From Kiritimatiellia bacterium (lineage in GTDB: Bacteria; Verrucomicrobiota; Kiritimatiellia; JAAZAB01): DNA of 64,000 nt. Below are positions 18,549 to 29,212 of this stretch, in pieces. Position numbers and translations under genes: made by a program. Location of the stretch: contig JAXGPF010000010.1 in the NCBI GenBank assembly GCA_040767085.1, positions 98,885-162,884 of the forward strand. Reading direction: 5' to 3'. The notes beneath the pieces are model-generated. The model made no database searches. It had not been told where the DNA came from and was given only the letters and a program-made list of their open reading frames with translations. The stretch's first letter is position 1. Every line of letters begins with the position of its first letter.

Positions 18549-20216
18549 ATGCATTTGCGTCTTTTTTTTGCGCTGGCCTGGCTGGCGGCGGCCGGCGCCG
18601 CCGCCGATGGCGATCCTTTTTCCGTCACCGCCGGACTGCGCCCTTCGGGCGTACACCGCGCCCTGTTAACGGTGGCGGTCCGCATCCCGCCCGGGTATCG
18701 CTTATATGCCGATGATTTCAAGGTTGAAACTACGGCGCCGGCGGCATTGGCTGATGTTTCACTGCCTGCGCCGGCCATGGTCCTGGATACGCTGGCCGGA
18801 ACCATGAAGCCTGTCTATACTTCCGATTTTACCGCCGTTTACGGGCTGACGGAATCGCCGGGCGCGCCCGCGTTGCCGGTTCGTGTGAGTTACCTGGGTT
18901 GCGACGATGCCGTATGTTTTCTCCCGCAGACCCGCGAGTTTAACCTGCCGTTGCCGGCCGGCGGCGACTCTGCCGGCGCGGCGGCGGCAGTCATGACCGG
19001 AGCGCCGGAACGCGGTCCGGCGAAAAATGTCGCCGGGGATTGGACCGGACGGCTGGCGCGATTTGAGACGCGGGCGCTGCGCGCCGGTTACATGCCGGCG
19101 GAAGATTTCCTGCAGTTTCTCGACGTTGCGGATGGCGCCCGGGCGGCTGGCGAGGAACAGGACGATTCGGCGGCAAAAAATTACGGGTGGTTTGTCGTTT
19201 TGATTTTGCTGGGCGGTCTGGCTTTGAATTTAACGCCCTGCGTCCTGCCGATGATCCCGGTCAACCTGGCTATTATCGGCGCTGGCGCCGGCGCTGGGAA
19301 AGATGCGGCCGGCCCGGCTGCCGCCGGTGCGCGCCGGCGCGGTTTCGCTCTGGGAAGTTTATACGGCCTGGGGATTACCCTGGCTTACGGGACGCTGGGC
19401 GCCGTGGTGGTGCTAACGGGTTCGGTTTTCGGGTCCGTCAATGCTTCGCCCTGGTTTAATTTTGCCGTGGCGGTGTTGTTTTTAGGGCTGGCGCTGGCGA
19501 TGTTTGATGTCTGGACGATTGATTTCAGCCGCTGGCAGGCGCGCCTGGCATTCACCGGCGGCGGCCGCCTGGCGATAGTATTGATGGGGGCGGTTTCTGC
19601 TATCCTGGCCGGGGCTTGCGTCGCGCCGGTGGTGCTGACGGTGCTGACCCAGTCTTTGGTTTTATATGCCGGCGGCGCGCGCGCGGCCGGCCTGGCTCTG
19701 CCGTTTGTCCTGGGGTTGGGCATGGCCTTGCCTTGGCCGCTGGCCGGCGCCGGGCTGGCAGCTTTGCCGCGGCCTGGGCGCTGGATGAACAATGTGAAGC
19801 GGGTTTTCGGCGTCATCATTCTGCTGCTGGCCGGCTATTATGCCTGGCTGGGGTGGGGGCTGCTGCCGGCGCGCGCCGCCCGGGAGTCGGCACGCAATGC
19901 CCAAGCCGCGCTGGCGGAAGGCTGGCTGACGGATTTGCCGGCGGCGCTGGAACTGGCGGAGCGGGAAGGCCGACCGCTTCTGGTGGATTTTTGGGCATCA
20001 TGGTGCAAAAACTGCATGGCGATGGAAGCTACCACACTGAAACATCCCGAAGTCCGGGAGCGGCTGCAGGATTTTGTGCTGTTGAAATACCAGGCGGAGC
20101 GACCCGATCAACCGCCGGCGCAGGCCGTGCTGCCGGCCTTCAAGGTCGTGGGGTTGCCCACCTACGTGATCCTGGCGCCGCCGGCCGGGTCTGCGTCCGC
20201 AATTACACCGCCTTGA
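18549..20216 (+). CDS. dsbD: DsbD-like thiol:disulfide interchange protein (DsbD-N, CcdA TM domain, thioredoxin)
   Basis: LGCDDAVCF, LTPCVLPMIP, GACVAP, DFWASWCKNC. Confidence 0.85.
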   Translation: MHLRLFFALAWLAAAGAAADGDPFSVTAGLRPSGVHRALLTVAVRIPPGYRLYADDFKVETTAPAALADVSLPAPAMVLDTLAGTMKPVYTSDFTAVYGLTESPGAPALPVRVSYLGCDDAVCFLPQTREFNLPLPAGGDSAGAAAAVMTGAPERGPAKNVAGDWTGRLARFETRALRAGYMPAEDFLQFLDVADGARAAGEEQDDSAAKNYGWFVVLILLGGLALNLTPCVLPMIPVNLAIIGAGAGAGKDAAGPAAAGARRRGFALGSLYGLGITLAYGTLGAVVVLTGSVFGSVNASPWFNFAVAVLFLGLALAMFDVWTIDFSRWQARLAFTGGGRLAIVLMGAVSAILAGACVAPVVLTVLTQSLVLYAGGARAAGLALPFVLGLGMALPWPLAGAGLAALPRPGRWMNNVKRVFGVIILLLAGYYAWLGWGLLPARAARESARNAQAALAEGWLTDLPAALELAEREGRPLLVDFWASWCKNCMAMEATTLKHPEVRERLQDFVLLKYQAERPDQPPAQAVLPAFKVVGLPTYVILAPPAGSASAITPP

Positions 20217-20222
20217 AATGCC

Positions 20223-21677
20223 ATGCCGGCCAACCGACCATCCTTGCCCTTGAACATCGTCATCGTCGGCGCATCCGGGGACCTGGCCCGGCAGAAAATA
20301 GCGCCGGCGCTTTTCGCGTTATTCTGCCAGGGATTGCTGCCGGAGCGTTGTCAAATCATCGGTTTTGCCCGCAGCGATTACACGGACGATTCCTTCCGCG
20401 CCCGGCTCGCCGAAACCCTGACCTGCCGGTATCGCCCCGGCCGCAATTGCCGGCAGTTGACGCAGGATTTTCTTGCCCGGTGTTTTTATTGCCGCGGCGA
20501 CTATGACGCGCGCGATGCGTTTCTTGATGTTTACCAGATCATGCGCCGTCTGGAAGACGGCGCCGGCGGCGGCAACCGGCTGTTTTACATGGCTGTGCCG
20601 CCCCAGGTCTTCCAGGATGTGGCGCAGGCCATCGGCGGCGCCGGGCTGGTGCATTGCCAGGGACCGCGCTGGTCCCGCGTGATTGTGGAAAAACCGTTCG
20701 GCAAAGACCGCGCGAGCTCCGACCGGCTGGTGCGGGACTTGCGGACCATTTTCACGGAAGAGCAAACTTACCGAATTGACCATTACCTGGGCAAGGAAGT
20801 CATCCAGAACCTCTTGATTCTGCGGTTTGCCAATGCCGTGTTTGAGCCTTTATGGAACCGGCGGCATATTGAGCGCGTGGAAATTGTCTGGCACGAAGAT
20901 ATCGGGATGGAAGGCCGCGGCGGCTATTTCGACCATTACGGCATCATCCGCGATGTCATGCAAAACCACCTGCTGCAGATTCTGGCATTGACGGCGATGG
21001 AGCGGCCGGCGAAGCTGGATCATGCCGGCGCCATCCGCGCCGCCAAGGTGCGCTTATTGCGCGCCGTGGCGCCGGTGCGCGCCGGCGGATTGCGTCTGGG
21101 GCAGTACGGCGCGGCCCGGACGTCTGGCCGGCGCCGCCCGGGGTACCTTGATGAGGCGCAAGTCGCCGCCGGCTCGTTGACGCCGACTTACGCCGCCGTG
21201 CGGTTGCGCCTGCGGAATCCGCGCTGGCGCGGGGTGCCGTTCGACCTGGAAGCCGGCAAGGGCTTGCACGACCGGCTGACGGAAATCCGGATTCATTTCC
21301 GACGCCGGCCGGCCGCCGCGTTTCGTTTCCAGACGCAGCCGCTGCCGGGCAACGTGCTGGTGATCCGGGTGCAGCCGGATGAAGGAATCTATCTGCGCGT
21401 GAACAACAAGGTCCCGGGGCTGGCGATGGCATTGGCGCCGACCATGCTGGACTTGCGCTATGCGGACGCCTTCCCCCGCCGTCCCATCCCCTCGGCTTAT
21501 GAATGCCTGTTGTGGGAAGCGTTGGAAGGCGACCGCAGCCTGTTCATCAGCGAAGCGGAACTGGCGGCGGCATGGGATATTTTCACACCGGCGCTGCACG
21601 CGCTTGACCGGCGGCCGCGGCGTCCGCTGCCGTATGTTTTCGGCAGCGCCGGCCCGCAGGCCGACGCTGGCGGATGA
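20223..21677 (+). CDS. zwf: Glucose-6-phosphate 1-dehydrogenase
   Basis: GASGDLA, EKPFG, RIDHYLGKE, RDVMQNHLLQ. Confidence 0.97.
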   Translation: MPANRPSLPLNIVIVGASGDLARQKIAPALFALFCQGLLPERCQIIGFARSDYTDDSFRARLAETLTCRYRPGRNCRQLTQDFLARCFYCRGDYDARDAFLDVYQIMRRLEDGAGGGNRLFYMAVPPQVFQDVAQAIGGAGLVHCQGPRWSRVIVEKPFGKDRASSDRLVRDLRTIFTEEQTYRIDHYLGKEVIQNLLILRFANAVFEPLWNRRHIERVEIVWHEDIGMEGRGGYFDHYGIIRDVMQNHLLQILALTAMERPAKLDHAGAIRAAKVRLLRAVAPVRAGGLRLGQYGAARTSGRRRPGYLDEAQVAAGSLTPTYAAVRLRLRNPRWRGVPFDLEAGKGLHDRLTEIRIHFRRRPAAAFRFQTQPLPGNVLVIRVQPDEGIYLRVNNKVPGLAMALAPTMLDLRYADAFPRRPIPSAYECLLWEALEGDRSLFISEAELAAAWDIFTPALHALDRRPRRPLPYVFGSAGPQADAGG

Positions 21678-21854
21678 TGCTCTGCAAGTGCAAGTCGCGC
21701 GCATTGTCCGCCCCCGGCCGCCGTGAACGACCATGGCCGCAGGTGCAGTTTTCCATTGCAAATCCGCGGGCGGCCTATATGATGGTTGGCAGTCCGGGGC
21801 GTGCCGGCGCGCGCCGCGGCGTTTTTGAATCAGCGGGCAAGAAAGGGCGGAAAT

Positions 21855-22511
21855 ATGGCGGAGGATGCGCGGGCGGAGTTGGTCGAGTATGGCGTCAAGA
21901 TTGCGCGGGCCGGCCTGGTGGCCGGCGCGGGCGGCAACATCAGCGCGCGTGACGGCGGCACTGTCTGGATGAAACCCAGCGGTGTGGCGATGGATGACAT
22001 GACGCCGGATGACTTGTGCGGGATTGCGTTGGCCGACGGACGCCAGACGCATGGCGCGCATAAGCCGACTTCCGAATTCAACATGCATCTGGCCGTCTAT
22101 CGCGCCCGGCCGGAAGTGCGCGCGGTGTTTCACACCCATTCCCCCTGGGCATCCGGGGTCATCAGTTCCGGCGCGGAACTGAAAGCCATGTTTGCCGAGT
22201 TTGTCTGCGACTTGGGGCGCGTGGGCCGGATTCCCTACATTACGCCCACTACCGGCGCCCTGGCCCAGGCTGTGGGCGATATGGCGGCCGGGCACGATAC
22301 CATGCTCATGGTCAACCATGGCATCCTGGCGGTGGGCGTCACTATGAAACAGGCCTATTACCGGTGCCTGGTGGTGGAAGATGCGGCCAAGTCCATGGTG
22401 GCGGCGGCCGTGGTCGGCCGGCCGATTTTTCTCAGCGAGCAGCAAATCGAAGAGTTGAACCGGTTGGATGCCGTCAGCCACCGCGTGAAAACCATGGAAT
22501 CGCGCGGTTAG
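21855..22511 (+). CDS. Class II aldolase/adducin family protein (FucA-like)
   Basis: GGNISAR, KPTSE..MH, HTHSP, NHG. Confidence 0.9.
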   Translation: MAEDARAELVEYGVKIARAGLVAGAGGNISARDGGTVWMKPSGVAMDDMTPDDLCGIALADGRQTHGAHKPTSEFNMHLAVYRARPEVRAVFHTHSPWASGVISSGAELKAMFAEFVCDLGRVGRIPYITPTTGALAQAVGDMAAGHDTMLMVNHGILAVGVTMKQAYYRCLVVEDAAKSMVAAAVVGRPIFLSEQQIEELNRLDAVSHRVKTMESRG

Positions 22512-22548
22512 CTCTGTCCGGCAAAATCAAAACCATTATACTGCGGCG

Positions 22549-23196
22549 TCAGCCGCGATGCGCCAGGAAATAATCCGCCAGCGACGGGAAATCGTCGAAA
22601 GCCAGGCCGGGAATTTCCGGCTCGGCCCGGCCGATGCCGTAGGTGACGAAAACATTTTGCGCGCCAGCCTGGCGCGCGCAGGCCAGGTCATTGGCGCTGT
22701 CGCCGATCATCCATGTGTCCGCCGGCGCAAAGCGCAGCGCCTGCATTGTGCATTGCAGCGCTTCCGGATGCGGTTTCAGGTTGGCCACGCTGTCGCCGCC
22801 CATGACGCTTGCGAAGAAAGCGTCCAGGGCGAAGTGGCGCAGCAAATCCCGGCAGGAGACGCGGGGCTTGTTGCTGATCAAAGCCAGGGTGCCGCCGGCG
22901 CGGGCCAGGCGCGCCAGGCCCTCCGCGACACCGGGATAGAGCGTGGTGGCGTCGTGCAAGTGGGCGCGATAGCAGGCGGAGTTGATTTGCACCGCCTCAT
23001 CCAGATCGAGTTCCGGGGCATCGCGCAGGGAGCGGCGCACCAGTTGGCGGATGCCATCGCCGATGAATTGCGTTACCGTGGCCTCCGGCAGCGCCGGCAA
23101 GCCGTAATGCCGGCGCATGAGATTGATGCCCGTACAGAGGTCGCGCCGCGAATCGATCAGGGTGCCGTCCAGGTCGAATACCAGCAGCTTGTTCAT
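22549..23196 (-). CDS. gph: HAD-IA hydrolase, phosphoglycolate phosphatase-like
   Basis: FDLDGTLIDS, SNKP, KPHP, MIGDS.ND. Confidence 0.85.
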   Translation of the reverse strand: MNKLLVFDLDGTLIDSRRDLCTGINLMRRHYGLPALPEATVTQFIGDGIRQLVRRSLRDAPELDLDEAVQINSACYRAHLHDATTLYPGVAEGLARLARAGGTLALISNKPRVSCRDLLRHFALDAFFASVMGGDSVANLKPHPEALQCTMQALRFAPADTWMIGDSANDLACARQAGAQNVFVTYGIGRAEPEIPGLAFDDFPSLADYFLAHRG

Positions 23197-23221
23197 TCCT
23201 GAATTTTGCACGAATTTCAGT

Positions 23222-25123
23222 TCATTTGATGCAGCTGGGGCTGGCGCCCCGCGGGTAGTGGACCACGATGTGTTCGGCCAGTTTCGGCCAGATTGGCTCG
23301 AGCTTTTCATCCAGTTCCGGGATGGCAGACGTGCGCCGGGCGAGATATTCGTCCAGACGTTCCGCCAGGCTGTCCAGCCGGGCAATCAATCCGCCGTAGC
23401 GCCGCTCAACCGTTTCCCAGCCGTGCGGCTTGCAGTAAGCCAGCCAGTAGGCGCGATGCGCGCGCCAGAGCTGCCGCACCGTACGCCGCAGTTCCGGCAG
23501 GTCGGTATCGGCGATTTTTTTCAGGGCGGCGCGGTTATCGGTCCGGTAAGCGGCGGCCAGGTTGCGGCGCAGCATGACCTTGATGGCCAGGGCGCGGGCC
23601 AGCAGGGCCGGGTGGCGCAGGTGCGCGTTCAGGCCGGCCGCCTTGGCGGCGCGCGCCAGCCTGGGCGCCAGTTCGCGATAATGCCGGGCCAGGCGCGGCG
23701 GGTCGGAAACCTGCGGATCGATGATAGCGAGCAGGGGATCCTGCCAGAGCAGGGCTTTGCTGAGATTGGCGGCGCTGAGCGATACCGGCTGCCGGCGCAG
23801 GTATCCCGGGGCATCCAGTTCGGCGGCCTGGACGAAGGCGTCGAAGTCGGCCCGGCAGATGGCGCGGAAATCAGTCCGCATCCGGGCCGGATCGGGCTGG
23901 CCGGCATACACGTGTTCGGCGAAGAATTGAACGCCTGGCAACGCGGAAAAAAGATTGTGCTCGGCGCCGTCGTCGCCCCACATGGTCATGAACACCTCGC
24001 GCAGGCGGGTTTTCCTGCAAGCCTGCATGCAGGCCTGGGTGACGTTGAAGGTCCAGGGGAGGGCGGTCCAGAAACGGCTCCAGGTGTAAATGCCGCCGGC
24101 CATGACCGGTTCCGCGCCCATGGCGCGGTGGCGGGCAATCCATTTTTCGTAAAAGGCGGTGTCGTGGTGGTAGTAATCCCAGTACACCAGGTCCACGCCG
24201 CGGGGAATCGCCTTGGTCACTTCGCGGGGGATGACGGAGTTTTCGTCGTAGTAGCTGTTGATCTTGGAACCGAGCCGGAAGTACATGTCGCTCCAGATCA
24301 TCGGCCGCAAGCCCTGGTTCCGGCAGATATTGCGCACGCTGCGCAAGTGGCGGTTCAGGATATCGAACGGGCGCTTTTCGCCGAACAGCTTGCGGAACCG
24401 GCCGCTGCCGATGCCATGGGCTTCATCCATCCCGATATGAATGCGCTTGGACTGGTAAGGCGCGGCAGCGGCGGCGATCATTTCTTCCAGCAACTGGCTG
24501 GTGCACGGCGCCTGCGCCAGCAGCACCTTGTCGGTGTCGCGGCAAGCGCTGTAGGCCGGCCACTGCAGTATCTGTTCCAGGTGCCCCAGGGTTTGAATGC
24601 AGGGAATCATCTCGACGCCCAGGGCGCCGGCGTACCGGTCCAGGGCGCGCAATTCCCGGGCCGTGTAACGGCCGCGCAGGTAGCCGAAAAAGGGATGGCC
24701 CGGCACCTCGTAGGTGTCCTCGGTGTAGAGCATCAGCATGTTCAACCCCATCAGGGCGGATTGGAGGATGAACTGCTCCAGCGTGCCGGGCAGGTAAACG
24801 CCGTTGCGCGAAACGTCCAGCATCAGGCCCATGGTGTCGAAGGCGGCCGTCTCGGAAAAATTCATCGCCGCGGGATTCCGTGGCTCGGCGCCCAGCAGGC
24901 GGCCCAGGGCGCGGAAGGCGTCCGTGCGGGTGCGGTAGCGGATGGAGATACCGTCCGGTCCAGCGGCGACTTGCAGGCCCGGCGCGGCTTGGGGAATGAA
25001 GGTCACTGCGCGGGCGCCAGCGGCGCCGGAAAACCGCCGCGGGTAATCCCGGGCGATGATCTGCAATCCGGCCTGCAACTCACGGGGTGCGGCGTTGAGG
25101 TTGAGTTTAAAACCGTGTGACAT
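23222..25123 (-). CDS. GH20 beta-N-acetylhexosaminidase
   Basis: LDVSRNGV, LYTEDTY, PCIQTLGH, IHIGMDEA, MIWSDM, WGDDG. Confidence 0.9.
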   Translation of the reverse strand: MSHGFKLNLNAAPRELQAGLQIIARDYPRRFSGAAGARAVTFIPQAAPGLQVAAGPDGISIRYRTRTDAFRALGRLLGAEPRNPAAMNFSETAAFDTMGLMLDVSRNGVYLPGTLEQFILQSALMGLNMLMLYTEDTYEVPGHPFFGYLRGRYTARELRALDRYAGALGVEMIPCIQTLGHLEQILQWPAYSACRDTDKVLLAQAPCTSQLLEEMIAAAAAPYQSKRIHIGMDEAHGIGSGRFRKLFGEKRPFDILNRHLRSVRNICRNQGLRPMIWSDMYFRLGSKINSYYDENSVIPREVTKAIPRGVDLVYWDYYHHDTAFYEKWIARHRAMGAEPVMAGGIYTWSRFWTALPWTFNVTQACMQACRKTRLREVFMTMWGDDGAEHNLFSALPGVQFFAEHVYAGQPDPARMRTDFRAICRADFDAFVQAAELDAPGYLRRQPVSLSAANLSKALLWQDPLLAIIDPQVSDPPRLARHYRELAPRLARAAKAAGLNAHLRHPALLARALAIKVMLRRNLAAAYRTDNRAALKKIADTDLPELRRTVRQLWRAHRAYWLAYCKPHGWETVERRYGGLIARLDSLAERLDEYLARRTSAIPELDEKLEPIWPKLAEHIVVHYPRGASPSCIK

Positions 25124-25186
25124 AGACAGTTTCTTTCTGGATGGCGGTTGGTTGTAATCTGCAGCAAACGGCGGCGCGGAAGACGA

Positions 25187-26851
25187 TTAATACTCGAAGT
25201 TGCTGGCGCCGATATATTCGCGGAGGATGGAGGTGGCGGGCACATCCGTGGCCGGCGCCGGCAGAAAATTATCCAGGAAACCCTGCAGGCGCCGGACTTC
25301 CGCGTATTCCGGGGCGGCGGGCTTGATGGTCATGAGCAGCGGTTCGACCATGGGCTTTAACACGGCCAATTCGTAATCCAGGGCGGAGTTGAAGGCGGCG
25401 TCCGCCCGGGCTTGAAAGGGGAAAATCCAGGTTTTCTCGCCGCGGCGCACGGAAGGCCACATGCGCAGGGTATTGGCCGGGGAATTGCCGCGGAAGAGGT
25501 GGTCGCGCACCATTCGGCGCATCAAGCGGTTATCGGTGGTGGAGATGCGGTTGTCAGCGTCAATGTTCAACTGGGTCAGCGCGCTGATGTAAATCTTGAA
25601 TTTACGGGCGGCGGGAATGCTGCGGGTGAAGCGCGGATTAAGGCCGTGAATGCCCTCGACAATCACCATTTCTTCCGGCGCCAGTTGCCGGCGCGCGCCC
25701 CGGAATTCGCGCTGCTTGGTTTCAAAATTAAAAGACGGTAATTCGATTTCACGGCCCTGGATCAGTTCCAGCAGGTGGCGGTTGAACAGCGGGACATCGA
25801 TGGCGTCAATATGTTCATAGTCCGGCCGCCCGGCCGCGTCGCGCGGGTTGTCGGCGTCATTCACGTAATAATCGTCGAGGGAAATCGTGGAGGTGGCAAT
25901 GCCGTTGACGCGCAATTGGACGGCCAGGCGCTTGGCGAGGGTGGTCTTGCCCGCCGCGGAAGGTCCGGAAATCAGGATCACTTTCAATGTGCGCCGCCGC
26001 TCCGCGATCTGGTCGGCCAGGCGCGCGATTTTTTTTTCATGGAAAGCTTCCGCCATGCGGATGAATTCCGGCAGGCGGCCGCGGTAGATCAACTCATTCA
26101 ATTTCCCGGTATTGCGGACGCCGATCGTTCGTCCCCATTGCTTGTGTTCGTGGAAAATGCGGAACAAATGCGGCTGGTCGCGGAAGCGGGCGATGCGGGC
26201 GGGGTGTTCCAGCCCGGGGAATTGAATCAAGAGCCCGGGCGGGTAACGGATCAGTTTGAAATCCGGCAAAGCGGCGGTGGATGGCGCCAGCGGGCTGTGC
26301 GCCAGGTCAATAAAGCGGCCGCAGGCGTGGACGACCACCATGGGAGGGTTGCGGAACCGGAGTAAATCAGCCTTGTCCTTCTGCGCGGATTGTTCGAAGA
26401 GCGCGACGGCCTCCTCGAATGCCAGGCGGTAGCGGTGGATGGGCAGGTTGCGCCGGACTGCGCGGCGCATGGCCTGGTCCAGGATGCGGGTTTGCGCCGC
26501 GGTAATAGGCTTGCCGCATTGGCCCTCGAAACTACAGAAAAAACCGGTGCCGAAAGAATGTTCCACCGTCAGACGGCACTGCGGCAGCGTCGTGGCCGCC
26601 GCCTTGGCCAGCAGGAAGACCAGCGAGTTGCGGTATACCCGCATGCCGCGGGGATCCTGCCGGGTAAGGAAACGGATGCGGCAATTAACCCCTAGAGGGA
26701 AGGCCAGCGAACAGACTTCGTTGTTGACCAGGGCGGCAATCGGCGGCGGTGCGGCGCGGCGCCGCCTGGGCGGCAAACAATCTCCGGGAGTAATTCCCGG
26801 CGGCCGGCTCAGACGCCGGCCGCCGTCCAGAATGAGCGTAATGTTTTTTAT
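25187..26851 (-). CDS. Nucleoside (uridine) kinase with N-terminal TGS/ThrRS-like domain
   Basis: P-loop SGPSAAGKTT, SLDDYY, VEGIHGLN, RRMVRD, FNSALDYEL. The frame extends to an ATA codon at 26851 overlapping the ilvC stop; the track start is TTG at 26776. Confidence 0.85.
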   Translation of the reverse strand: MKNITLILDGGRRLSRPPGITPGDCLPPRRRRAAPPPIAALVNNEVCSLAFPLGVNCRIRFLTRQDPRGMRVYRNSLVFLLAKAAATTLPQCRLTVEHSFGTGFFCSFEGQCGKPITAAQTRILDQAMRRAVRRNLPIHRYRLAFEEAVALFEQSAQKDKADLLRFRNPPMVVVHACGRFIDLAHSPLAPSTAALPDFKLIRYPPGLLIQFPGLEHPARIARFRDQPHLFRIFHEHKQWGRTIGVRNTGKLNELIYRGRLPEFIRMAEAFHEKKIARLADQIAERRRTLKVILISGPSAAGKTTLAKRLAVQLRVNGIATSTISLDDYYVNDADNPRDAAGRPDYEHIDAIDVPLFNRHLLELIQGREIELPSFNFETKQREFRGARRQLAPEEMVIVEGIHGLNPRFTRSIPAARKFKIYISALTQLNIDADNRISTTDNRLMRRMVRDHLFRGNSPANTLRMWPSVRRGEKTWIFPFQARADAAFNSALDYELAVLKPMVEPLLMTIKPAAPEYAEVRRLQGFLDNFLPAPATDVPATSILREYIGASNFEY

Positions 26852-27945
26852 GCCGAACGCCCTTTAATGCCCTTGGTGTTTTTGTCCAGCGCGCGGGCCT
26901 TTTCGCGCGGGCGCAGGTTGCGCACCGCCAAACCGGCCTGCCACATTTCGGAGTTGCGGATCGCGGCCAGTTCCTGGGACACCTTGGCCGGGTAATTAGA
27001 TTGACCGCAGACCGCCAGCACCCGGCGGGTTTCCTTCCCGGTTTTCACGGCCTGGTAGAGTTGTTTAAACACGGGCAGGGTGGCTTTCTTGAATTTCGGC
27101 TTCCAGTCCAACGCGCCGCGCTGGGCGGTGGCGGAACAATTGGCGAACATCCAGTCCATGCCGTTTTCATCCACCAGGCGGATCAGGCTCTGGGTAAGTT
27201 CCTCAACCGTCTCGTTGAAGGCCTCGCTGGGCGAGTGGCCATTGGCGCGCAGAACGTCGTACTGCGCCTCCATCACGCCGGCCAGGGCGCCCATCAGCAT
27301 GCCGCGTTCGCCGGTCAGGTCGCTGTAAACTTCGCGCTCGAAGGTGGTGGGGAAGAGGTACCCCGAGCCGATGCCGATGCCGACGGCCAGGCAGCGTTCG
27401 CGGGCGCGTCCGGTGGCGTCCTGGAAGACGGCGTAACTGGAATTGATGCCCGCGCCGGAGAGGAAGTTGCGGCGCACGGAGGTGCCGGAACCCTTGGGGG
27501 CAACCATGATCACATCCACGTCGGACGGCGGAATGACCTTGGTCTGGTCGCCGTACACAATCGAGAAACCGTGGGAAAAATAAAGCGCCGCGCCGGGCTT
27601 GAGATGTTTTTTCACCGTCGGCCAGATTTGTTTCTGAGCGGCGTCGGACACCAGCATCTGGATGATCGTGCCGCGCTGCACGGCTTCTTCGATGTCGAAC
27701 AATGTCTTGCCGGGCACCCAACCGTCGGCGCGCGCGCGGTCCCAGTCGGCCTTAAACCTGGGCGACTGGCCGATGATCACCCGCATGCCGTTGTCTTTAA
27801 GATTGAGCGCCTGGGCCGGACCCTGCACGCCGTAACCGAGCACGACGATGGTTTCCTTGGCCAGCACCTTGCGCGCGCGCGCCAGGGTGAATTCCTTGCG
27901 CGTAACCACGTTTTCCTTTTCGCCGCCGAAATTGATCACAGCCAT
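26848..27945 (-). CDS. ilvC: Ketol-acid reductoisomerase
   Basis: GYGVQGPAQALNLKD, FSHGF, VAPKGSG, SDLTGERG; GGAGG SD before ATG 27945. Confidence 0.97.
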   Translation of the reverse strand: MAVINFGGEKENVVTRKEFTLARARKVLAKETIVVLGYGVQGPAQALNLKDNGMRVIIGQSPRFKADWDRARADGWVPGKTLFDIEEAVQRGTIIQMLVSDAAQKQIWPTVKKHLKPGAALYFSHGFSIVYGDQTKVIPPSDVDVIMVAPKGSGTSVRRNFLSGAGINSSYAVFQDATGRARERCLAVGIGIGSGYLFPTTFEREVYSDLTGERGMLMGALAGVMEAQYDVLRANGHSPSEAFNETVEELTQSLIRLVDENGMDWMFANCSATAQRGALDWKPKFKKATLPVFKQLYQAVKTGKETRRVLAVCGQSNYPAKVSQELAAIRNSEMWQAGLAVRNLRPREKARALDKNTKGIKGRSA

Positions 27946-28063
27946 TTGAGTGCTCCTCCGTATGATTATTGGCATCAGCGCGATTGTTCGTGTTCGCGCG
28001 CAAACAAATATCAATACTATATTTTTGCCCTGTCAGGTCAAGTCAATAATTGCCTTAAACCCG

Positions 28064-29212
28064 TCAGATTACACCGCGGATGTATTTCGACTGCGCCAGG
28101 CGCCAGGCGGTTACAAAACAGGCGGTGAGCGGAACGGCCAGCACCATGCCGGCAATGCCGCCCAGGGCGGCGCCCCAGAAGAACACCGCGAAGATGACGG
28201 CGACGGGGTGCAGACCGGTGCGGCCGGCCATAATGCGCGGCGTCAGGATGTAACCTTCAATCATCTGCACCGCCGCGATAACCCCGGACACCAGCAGGAG
28301 CCGCGTCCAGCCGCCCTCCGGTTGAAAGTAAGCCAGCGGCAGCGCCAGGGCCAGTCCCGCCATGCTGCCCAGGTAGGGCACCAGGTTCAGAAATCCCATC
28401 AGCATGCCCAATGCGCCGCCGTAGGCCAGCCCAACGGCCGTAAAACCGGCGGCGAATAAAACGCCCTGCAGCAGCGCCACCAGCAATTGTCCGCGGAAGA
28501 AAGCCGTGACGATTCCCGCGAACTCCCGCACCAGGAAAATCGCATCCGCCTGGGTGGCCGGTTTTAAAAAAGGCAGCCAGGTCCGCACGCGCTCCTCGCA
28601 GGGCGGCGGCGTCATCAGGAAAAAACCGAAATAAACCGGCAACACCAACCAGCCGGCCAGGCTGATCAGTCCGTTGAAAGCGCCGGCGCCGGCGGACCAG
28701 GCGGTGCGGCCGATGGTCCATGCGCCGCGGATCAGGTAATCTCCCCGGGCGCGCAGGAAAGCAGTCAGCCGCTCATCCAGCCGGTATTGCTGGATGAATG
28801 CCGCCATCGGCGGCTGGCGTTCGGCGATGGCCTGGCGGATATCCGCCGACCATGCCGGCAGCTGCGCAATCAGTTCCGCCGTTTGGCTGACAAGCAGGAA
28901 GCCGAAAAACCAGGCAAAGCCCGCCAGTGGCGCCAGGATGGAGCAGCAGACCGCCACCACCGCCGGAAACGGGCGCAGCCGGCATGCGTTTTGCAGCCAG
29001 TTGTAATAAGGGCGGCAGACCAGCGCCAGCGCCAGGGCCGCGGCGGGCGGGGCCAGCACGCTGAAAAAAAATGATGCCATTTCCGCCAGGAGCCGGAAAA
29101 AGCCCAGGATGGCCGCCAGTATCAGCAGCGCCGCCAACAGCGTCACGGCGGCGGCGATGGTTTTTTGCTGCGGGGGGGTGAAAGCAATCATGCCGCGATC
29201 CATCATGGACAT
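28064..29212 (-). CDS. AI-2E family transporter
   Basis: FFRGQLLVA, NLVPYLG, QMIEGYILTP, GLHPVAVIFA; start uncertain (29191-29212). Confidence 0.9.
   Translation of the reverse strand: MSMMDRGMIAFTPPQQKTIAAAVTLLAALLILAAILGFFRLLAEMASFFFSVLAPPAAALALALVCRPYYNWLQNACRLRPFPAVVAVCCSILAPLAGFAWFFGFLLVSQTAELIAQLPAWSADIRQAIAERQPPMAAFIQQYRLDERLTAFLRARGDYLIRGAWTIGRTAWSAGAGAFNGLISLAGWLVLPVYFGFFLMTPPPCEERVRTWLPFLKPATQADAIFLVREFAGIVTAFFRGQLLVALLQGVLFAAGFTAVGLAYGGALGMLMGFLNLVPYLGSMAGLALALPLAYFQPEGGWTRLLLVSGVIAAVQMIEGYILTPRIMAGRTGLHPVAVIFAVFFWGAALGGIAGMVLAVPLTACFVTAWRLAQSKYIRGVI

Noticed and set aside
23117-25120. 667-aa plus-strand ORF
   Set aside because: Antisense shadow of the GH20 gene in high-GC DNA; no recognisable motifs.
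27001-28128. 375-aa plus-strand ORF and similar long antisense ORFs (11123-12655, 21054-22481, 29437-30666, 17513-18805)
   Set aside because: Shadows of well-supported genes on the opposite strand.
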